In this document: positions 55,414 through 64,000 of the stretch, in pieces | How positions within the stretch are numbered: the stretch's first letter is position 1 | How the letters are laid out: every line of letters begins with the position of its first letter | Origin: Ramazzottius varieornatus | Taxonomy: Eukaryota; Animalia; Tardigrada | DNA: 64,000 nt | NCBI GenBank assembly: GCA_001949185.1 | Contig: BDGG01000012.1 | Span: 922,973-986,972 of the forward strand | Direction: 5' to 3' | The notes under the pieces: generated by a model | The model's input: the letters and a program-made list of their open reading frames with translations, nothing else | Database searches by the model: none | What the model was told of the DNA's origin: nothing | Program-made: the position numbers and the translations under genes

Positions 55414-56921
55414 ATGGCTACATTGCATCATCTGGAACTGCTGGTCAAAGATGGACTTCGCTTCGCTACGAATCTTGCCAAGCAATATTCCATGACGTTG
55501 AGTGCACTACGAGAGACGGAGGGTGCTTGTCAGTGGGTGGTCCGGACCGGAAACGCCGTATTCGTCGTCACCGAACCGAAAGACAGTAAGATACCCTACT
55601 CCCATCCTCAACATCCAGCGCTGTCATTGCAGTCTAGCAAATTAGATCAAGGCGTTGGCACCGTATTTGATATTGCTGTCCGGGTAAAGAATATAAACAG
55701 GGTCCTTACCAACTGCCACGCCATTGGCGGAGAGATTCTGATGCCGGCTACCAGAACCAGGGATGAGTTTGGAATATGCGAGCGCGCAGTTATTCGTTCC
55801 TGTGTGGGAAACGTCGTCCATACCTTGATTAACCGCGAAGACTACAAGGGTCCATTTCTTCCTGGATTCATCAGCAGCACTCCGGCGCTGGAGAACAAGA
55901 GTTCCGCATTTTCCGCCGAGTCGCTGATTAACCATGTCGACCATATAACTCTAGTGTGTCAACGCGGAGAGACGGACAACGTTCTGTCTTGGTATGAGAA
56001 AGTATTCGGATTTTCAAGGTTCTTTATGAATAAGTAGGTAAGCGATAAGCAAAGAGCCACAACTATGTATCCAGGTTCAAAACCTACATTGATTTCTCTT
56101 TCAGAACAGAGACGGAAACGGATGGGTTCGTCCTGCAGGGAAATATCGGCCTTCGTCTTAAAGCCATGGAGTACTTTCATTGCTCAGAGATGATGCTGAC
56201 GAGCGATCTGAAGGATGAGAATGCGCTGCGGATTGTTATTGCCGAATCGCTTCCTGGTCATGGTGAGAACCTGATAGCGCTTGTGAGACCTGACAGGATC
56301 TATAACTAAGCTGAGGTTTGCATCTCAGACGCGCAAAGCAATCAGGTGGAATCCTTCATCGAAGAACACGATGGACCAGGTGTTCAGCATGTCGGACTGT
56401 ACACGGACGACATAGTACAGGCTGCGAGTAATGCGCGAAAGATGGGAGTTAACCTGCAGATACCACCTATACTCTACTATTCTCATGTACGTATGGCAAT
56501 GAGTTCAGTGTGCAGTACACAGGAGGTCGCAAAAAGATGCTTCCGGTGTGATAACTGTTTTTTTTTGCAGGCAGGGAAGCTGAAGGAAATAGCGTCGTCC
56601 GGCGAATGTGTACAGCGGTTACGCGAGAATGGAATTCTGCTGGATAGCGAAGCAGATATAAACGAAGGCTCTTCGAAGAGTAGAAGGTACTGTAGGTTCG
56701 GAAATTTGCGTTATTAAGAATAAGCGAAGTCGCTTGATACATGACTTATTTGCAGGAAATATCTGAAGCAGATCTTCACGAAGCCCATATTCGACAGAAA
56801 TACTTTCTTCCTCGAGCTGATCGAGAGACGGGGTGCGCAAGGTTTTGGAACTGGTAACATTGCTGCGCTGTGGTGGTCAGTTCAACAAACGCTGAATCTT
56901 CAGAAAGCCATAGCAACGTGA
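55414..56921 (+). CDS. HPDL: 4-hydroxyphenylpyruvate dioxygenase-like protein
   Basis: [71 protein letters not shown]; His/His/Glu iron ligands present. Confidence 0.88.
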
Positions 56922-58799
56922 TGACCAGGAAAACCGTAGGCCGCGGGACCGACGAAACGAACAACACAACCGAGAAAGGTAAAGATAGATTTTTGTCTCA
57001 CGCGCCTGTTAGCAATCTCATAGATGGGCATTTAGAATTCCTCGGTGCATTTACCTGTTACGATTGCTGTGATTGAAAGTTTTGGAAAAATGCAGTTTGT
57101 TTCTAGTTCAGCTAAATTCCTGATTTTTCACGGAAAACAAGTTTTGTGTGGATCATACCCTTCCGTAATGCGTCCGACACCCTTCTACAACGTTTTCGCG
57201 GCGCTTTAGCGACCAACTAGTAAAATTTGCCGAATCAAGCCAAATTAGGCCAATCAAGCGAGATGTTTGTCCCATATGCAGTGAGGGGTTAGGGCACGCC
57301 TTCGTAAGCCTGTGAGGGTCGGAAGGCTTTTCGAAGTTCCCTGAGCAATCGGAAAGGCACAACTGAGCAGTGTGGTTTGGTGTAGGAGAAGCATCTAAGC
57401 GGCATGTTTTCCTGATATTAAGCGAGTGCTGCTCGCTTAACAAAAGCTCTCCGTCACAGTTTCAGACTAGCGGAAGGTATCCCGAATAGGTTTTTGCGTA
57501 CTAATAAGTTTCGTGACCGGTCCGACCACTGCGACGAGACATGGGCTACATGGTTCTTCCCCACCCGCGGATCATAGGTCTCGAGTTAGGATACCATGAA
57601 CTACTACGACCGTGCTTTTGGTCCTGCAGAAGATTTATCTGCGCGTTTTTCTGTCCCGATAGTGATGGATGGTACAGGAGAAGGTTGCTGATGGCACACT
57701 GCTGATGGTGCACGATATCGATATGACGTCACCTGTAAATCGGAAGCCCAGCGAAGCCAGCGGGGTACTCTGGCCGAGCTCTTGAACTGGTTTTTCCTTA
57801 TGTTGAATTAGCTTGTGCAAACGAACTTCTGATGACAATGGTTATCGAAATATCAAACACTATTTCGCATCGTGAGATGATGACACGACAAGATTCAACG
57901 TGACTCTTGCCGTGGTTTAGATGTCTGAGATGTTTATTTGCCGCTCGTTTTCAACACTCGGCCAGGCTTGAGGCATTGCGTATTTGCTGTTGATTTAGCG
58001 ACCTGCAGCGGGTACTAGAGCTCGACACTTCACAATCAAGATGGAGATAATAGCGAGATCGAGATATTGTCGACGCTGGTGAAGTTGTGAACAATGGTGT
58101 CCTAATAAGCAAGTCGTACAGCGGTACAGATTCTTGCCGGACTCTCAGCTCAACGCTTCTTGAACATTAGCCGCAGTCTCGACGGAAAGTTGTACTCAGC
58201 GACTCTGGGAATCACTTTTTTTTCCGCTAGGGTTTTTGCTTTTTTTTACTGCCGTCGATCGATCGCGATCAAGATAACGGCCATGCAGAGTTCCTAGCTC
58301 GAAGATCAGGTTTTTTGCGGATGATTTTCGCAGTTTTTGTAAAGTTGCGCTGTACCTAACAGTACAATAGTTCACTGACTTCAATGTTCTCCATCTTTGG
58401 TGTGTAAACTTAGTTTCTTGGCATAAAATTATTCTGGACCATCTTTTTCAGTCTTTCCGTGTTTGACGTGTGGGTTGGGTGGCAAGCGTTCATTCAGCTC
58501 GGCTGCACGTTTGATTTCACTTTGCTTCTGACCACTTCACATTTTTTTGTATATCGGGCATCTATACCGTATCTATTTTCATCATCACCGGAGGTTCCTG
58601 GTTGCTTTTTGTTACGGAGGATAATTACTATCCGTCGTGGTCGAAAAGCCCAACCTAACTGCCAGAAGGTTAGTATGACGGCGAAATTTCGCGCTTATTG
58701 GAACAAATACATAACTTGGCTTATGCTAACGATCTTCTTCACATTCCAACCGATTGCAGGTTCCTCGAGTTGCGCATCGTTTGATTCTGGAATACTATC

Positions 58800-61491
58800 A
58801 TGAGGACTTCTATCCGGAAACTACTCCTTAGGTCCGCCACTGTCTTGTCCTGTTGTTTGCTGGTTCACGTCTCGGGAGAGATATTTATTGATGCGGGACA
58901 CAAAGAACAAACCAGTTCCCCAACATGTTCACTATCGAGCATTGACCAGAACTGCGACAATGCTAAAGTCGCGAGCTTAGAGCCATTTCGCGAAAGAAAG
59001 TCCGAGAATGATATCCTGACTACCAACCAAGGACTCAAAATCGTCGACGATGAGAACTCACTAAAAGCCGGAAACCGCGGACCCTCACTGCTGGAAGATT
59101 TCCATTTCGTATGTGACCGTTATCCTTTCCATGTTATTTTCAAAGCTTTATTGCAACAATGTTTCTGTCTTTTCAGAGGGAGAAGATGACCCATTTCGAT
59201 CACGAAAGAATACCCGAAAGAGTTGTCCATGCACGTGGTTCAGCCGCCCATGGGTACTTCCAGGTCTACGAGCCCTTGGCAAACATCACGAAAGCTGCCA
59301 TGTTCCAGGATCCGAACAAGCTGACGCCGGTCTTTGTACGCTTCTCTACCGTCGCTGGATCCAGAGGCTCAGCAGATACGGTGCGCGACGTTCGTGGGTT
59401 TGCTGTCAAGTTCTACACGGACGAAGGTAACTTCGACTTGGTGGGAAATAACATGCCCGTCTTCTTCATTCAAGATGCCATCAAGTTCCCAGACTTTGTC
59501 CATTCTGTCAAGGTGAATCAAGAGTCAAACAGCGTCCCATCTTGGATTGAGTCTCTATAATCATTCGTTCTTTGTAGCCGGAACCGCACAATGAGATACC
59601 GCAGGCTTCTTCCGCGCACGATACTTTGTGGGACTTTGTTACGCAGCAAACGGAAACAACCCATATGATTGTAAGATTATTTTCCTGGTCTGTTCTTGCG
59701 TTACAGATAAAATCAAGAAAACCTTACTGTACCACTATCAGATGTGGCTGATGTCGGATCGAGCTATACCAAGAGCTTATCCCAACATGGAAGGCTTCGG
59801 GGTTCATACCTTCCGGCTCATCAACGAACAAGGCGTTTCCCGATTCGTCAAGTTCCACTGGAAACCCAAGCTCGGAGGTAACCAAACTTTCTACGAGTAC
59901 TTCATCGCTCAAACTTTCTCCATAAGATTCGTGATTTTTGAATACTTCGTAGTGCATTCGTTGGTCTGGGACGAAGCGCAAAAGCTGGCCGGCAAGAATT
60001 CCGATTACCACCGACAACAGGCAAGACTTTGCAAGATTTCACATGCAAGATTGCTCCAGCCATGCATAATGATGTAACTTGCATTGGGGTATCTGTAGTT
60101 GTGGGAGGATATTGAAGACGGGAATTATCCCGAATGGGAACTAGGCATGCAGGTTGTGGAGGAAGCCGACGAGAACAAGTTCGACTTTGACCTCCTTGAT
60201 TCCACCAAGATCATCCCGGAAGAACTAGTGCCAGTTCAACGGGTAGGCAGGATGGTCCTCAACCGCAACCCTGACAATTTCTTCGCCGAGACGGAGCAAG
60301 TGGCATTCTGTATATCCAACATTGTTCCGGGTATCGACTTCACCAACGACCCGCTCCTTCAAGGCCGCCTCTTTTCCTACCTCGACACTCAACTCTTGCG
60401 CCTTGGAGGACCCAACTTCCACGAAATCCCCATCAACCAGCCCATCTGTCCATTCCGACACAACAACCAACGCGACGGACTGCATAGGCAGACCATCAAC
60501 GTTGGCAAGACCAGCTACGGTACTTCTAGTCTTCGCCACATTCCGGACTAGGGTGCCTTGACTTCGGCTTACCGACCGGGAGTGTGACATGTGCTTGTTT
60601 GTAGGTATAAACGCAATCAACAACGGTCTGCCGAAATCCGCCAACAAGAAGCAAGGTTTTACCTCGTACCAAGAACGAATCGACGGTTACAAGATCCGTC
60701 AACGTAGTCCTTCGTTCGCCGACCACTTTTCGCAAGCCACGCAGTTTTGGAAGAGCATGTCGGCGCCGGAACAAGACCACATCGTTAACGCGTTCACCTT
60801 CGAACTAGGCAAAGTCGGCTACGTGGTTATCCGCCAGCGCATGGTCGACCAACTCCAAAACGTCGACGGCGAACTGGCCACCAGAGTCGCTACCAACCTC
60901 GGTCTGACTCTCAATGCCAAAGTCGCTAACGGAAACCCGAAGTCGGATATCGCTTCTTCACCTGCCCTGAGCCAAATGAACACAGCTAAAGACTCGGTGA
61001 AGACTAGAAAGATCGCTATCCTTGCGGCTGATGGTGTGGATGGTCAAGGTATCATGGACATGAACGCCACCGCGGCAGCCAACGGCGCCTCCATCAAGGT
61101 AGTGGCCCCACACCTGGGAACCATCCGCACGTCTACAGGAAGTTCGGTGGCTGTTGACGGTACCATGCTGACCATGCCATCAATCCTGTTCGATGCTGTG
61201 CTGATACCGGCTGGAGCGGCTAGTACTAAGACCCTGCAGGAGTCTGGTGATGCTGTCCACTACGCCCTGGAGACCTATGTACATTACAAGCCGCTGGCGG
61301 CAACAGGCGAAGGTGTGGACTTTCTGGCGCATGTGGGCTTGATTTCAAAGAACAGAAATCTGCCACTTCCGGAAGGCGTTCTAACTGCTCCCGGCACTGG
61401 TTTGAGCGATGATTTCAGACAGCAGTTTATCAATGCCATTGGCCAACATCGGTTCTTCACCCGTGAAAGAGTAAACGCCATTCCTGCTTAA
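58800..61491 (+). CDS. Large-subunit (clade 2, KatE/HPII-type) heme catalase with signal peptide, 749 aa, 7 exons
   Basis: Exons 58800-59108, 59177-59512, 59578-59670, 59742-59877, 59953-60020, 60099-60519 and 60605-61491 join in frame. [26 protein letters not shown], and a C-terminal DJ-1/PfpI-like domain [14 protein letters not shown]...[10 protein letters not shown]...HYKP. Confidence 0.95.
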
Positions 61492-62611
61492 CAAAAAGCG
61501 GACCATTCTAACAGTTTTAGTTCCGTTCTGTTAAATTATGTAGCCTATGTTCATACTCCAGGAACATAGAAAGAGTGACAATTCCACGTTGGGGACAGTA
61601 CCATGAAAATTTAATTCCTTGCGGCTGGTTTCTTTGCACAAGTAGTCAATGATACAATGGTCGACTTAAAGTAAAGCATTAACAATTGACATTCCCGATC
61701 AACCGCGAGTTTCTTAGTGGTAACCATGTACATAGAGTATACCCGAGGTTCGAGAATACGTTACGATTTTCCGAGCAAAAGATCTTCGGAAGTATGGCAT
61801 GGTAAGTTTTCGCAGTGCTGCAACTTCCGGGTTGGACAGCTGTCTCCAAGCCCGATCAAGCTTCATGTTACTCGGTAAGGGATTATGACTGCACGAGATT
61901 CGTTCTCGATTAAATCGATTTTGCTTTGCAGTTTCCGGAGTAGGAAGGAATTTGCCCAGTCATGCACAACTGGCCGGAAACTAGTTTTCCCAACTCGTTA
62001 CTGTACCACGTTTCCGACTTCCAGCCCTTTTACCACTGGGGTTAATGTGCTGCGCCTGAGGGCTTCGAAGAGCCGGTGACCCGGTGACCTTGTCAGCTGG
62101 TTGTCTCATAAGCTTAGGCTACTGTATGTTGCTCTATTTACGGAATTTTGATGTTCCTTTCCCGATAATTTTGATCGTTCAAGTCCAACATCCGCGATCA
62201 TCCGTCCTCTACTATATGCTTATCTGAAACTGCTAGACCAGTTCACTGTAATCACTCGCTGTGCGCGCAGGAGCGGAATCTCTACCAAGCAACAGATTCG
62301 CCATCTCCGTAATCCATATGGACAGGACCTAGGGCATGAAGAAAATCGCATAATCCTTCCCTTATCTTCTGTCCGTTAACCTTCTTCTATACGCTCGGGA
62401 TAGCCATTCATCCCGGGGCATGTGTCTATGCACAGATCGGATTACCGTCACTGTTGTCGGCATTTTTTGTTGATTTTTCGGGACTGTTTCCGGCTGCCTC
62501 ACATCCACAGCGGAATGGAGCGTTCCTAACTTGCATCGCCTAGCTGGCCGTAGCAGCTGTTGGACTGTTATCCACCGAAGAGCCCTGTCTAGAGAGGAAG
62601 AAGTGGCGCGA

Positions 62612-63256
62612 ATGAAACGCCTGCGACAAGGAATGTCCAAGAAATTCAGTGGACGGTTGTATACTGCGGAACGTCGTGTGGCGGAGGCGAACGCGTCCAA
62701 CGATCCTCTTTCCGCCTGCAGCTCCGACCTGACGAAATTCGTGACCACGAAAGGACGGGAGATAACGCTCGAGTGTTTCCGCGTTACGCAGATTCGCGAA
62801 AAAGAACCTCATGTTGTCGAGTGGATGTTTTCGTTGGTGGAGAGGAACATGAAGGAGCTGTATGAGCAGTGTTCGTGGGGATGGAATCCAAAAGCCAAGC
62901 ATAACGAGATGACGGAATCAGATGCATTTTACCTTATAGCCAAAGACTACAAGAACTCAACCTTAACCGGTTTTTGCCACTTTCGCTTCGTTATAGATTA
63001 CGGAATCGAAGTCGTTTACTGCTACGAGCTGCAGGTGGAAGCTCAATACAGGTCCGAGCAGATCGGAAAGAGAATTATGGCCGTACTCGAAGCCTTATCT
63101 CAACAGTGGAAAATGAAGAAAGTCGTTTTGACGGTTTTACGCCACAATCCGAGAGCCATAGACTTTTACCTCCATGCCGGCTACACTTTTGACGAAACTT
63201 CTCCGACGCACGACGAGCCTGAACCGCATTTTATATTTAGCAAACCGACCTTTTAG
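62612..63256 (+). CDS. NAA40: N-alpha-acetyltransferase 40 (NatD); start uncertain
   Basis: WMFSLVERNMKELYEQCSWGW...EMTESDAFYLIA...HFRF...VVYCYELQV...MKKVVLTV...AIDFY. Confidence 0.9.
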   Translation: MKRLRQGMSKKFSGRLYTAERRVAEANASNDPLSACSSDLTKFVTTKGREITLECFRVTQIREKEPHVVEWMFSLVERNMKELYEQCSWGWNPKAKHNEMTESDAFYLIAKDYKNSTLTGFCHFRFVIDYGIEVVYCYELQVEAQYRSEQIGKRIMAVLEALSQQWKMKKVVLTVLRHNPRAIDFYLHAGYTFDETSPTHDEPEPHFIFSKPTF

Positions 63257-64000
63257 CGTCACTTGTTGTTTTCAATATACATCCGAAGTAATTTCTCACT
63301 CAGTACACGGATTTGCAGTTATTTGAATGACGGTGGCCTTCAGATGAATTGATACTGTTTTAGTTTTCACTTGTTACAGCACAGTGTGCAAATAACCTCA
63401 AAGTTCGGTCTCTGTATCTTTTTCTCAACAGAAATATATTGCCGATAAACTCTAAAAGAGTAACGAGCGCAAACTTATGAGAAGACCATCAACCAACTGA
63501 ACAGGATGTCGTAGGCTGAGCAGGTCAGAGCGCACCGGGATCTCTGGAAGAAACTAAATCAGCCGAACGACTGGATCTCAGGCGTATTCTTTCCGGTACA
63601 CAGTTTCTCGGTCTGGGTATCGGTGCCTGACATGGTGTCGCAAAAGGACCCGGAAGTACAACCGAAGGCAACAACCTCAGAAACTTCGTGCTTTCCTCGC
63701 GGGATGCTGTAAACGCCTGGAAAGTCCCAATACGGGTGTTTAACACAGGCACACGTCTACAGGTAATTCATCAACAGTTCCTGGGTAAATGGGCGAAAAC
63801 GGAACGCTTCTGAACGATATTTTCTTCTTAACGGCGTACCTTTGGAATATGATTCAAAAAATCAGCTTTCCGTTTCTCGTTATCACGAGCCAAAGCCATG
63901 CAGTTTGCAAGACAGTTCGCGATACCTGCAAAAGAAGCTTCGCGTACATGTCTGCGAAGAGAGGTACGTAGTAAGAAAAGTACTGACCAGCGGCGCACTT

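Noticed and set aside
58800-61491. Bacterial contamination as the source of the catalase
   Set aside because: Six in-frame spliceosomal introns and animal flanking genes argue against it.
63525-63763. Possible terminal exon of a minus-strand gene at the window end
   Set aside because: Open frames are short with no recognisable motif, so no product or frame can be supported.

Overview
Gene-dense animal genomic DNA with short spliceosomal introns (mostly 50-100 nt) and two 50-N assembly gaps. It is probably a tardigrade; this is inferred from the compact introns, roughly balanced GC and an intron-containing clade-2 catalase. Host genes in order: 3' end of an RS-rich protein, a divergent tetraspanin, a candidate amidated neuropeptide precursor, a Sec16-like gene (-), an SLC18B1-like MFS transporter, tRNA-Leu(AAG), an intact DGAT2/MOGAT and a decayed paralogue, myosin IC, a G9a/EHMT methyltransferase, a CYP2-clan P450 cluster (two intact genes, one pseudogene, one fragment), RIOK3 and HPDL head-to-head, a secreted large-subunit KatE/HPII-type catalase, and NAA40. 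The 15.9-30.4 kb region is rich in DNA transposons. It includes a three-level nest (TA-flanked MITE > hAT with a perfect 8-bp TSD > MULE carrying FAR1-type, AT-hook and Ulp1-protease remnants), a second hAT MITE and a DIRS-type tyrosine recombinase relic. The most interesting signals are: (1) a horizontally acquired, signal-peptide-bearing catalase with a Cys at the Cys-Tyr crosslink position; (2) nine copies of a ~107-bp palindromic element whose core spacer is 27 nt in seven copies; (3) a neuropeptide combining a calcitonin-like C-x5-C ring with a PDF-like amidated end. Exon boundaries were placed by eye and no database searches were run.
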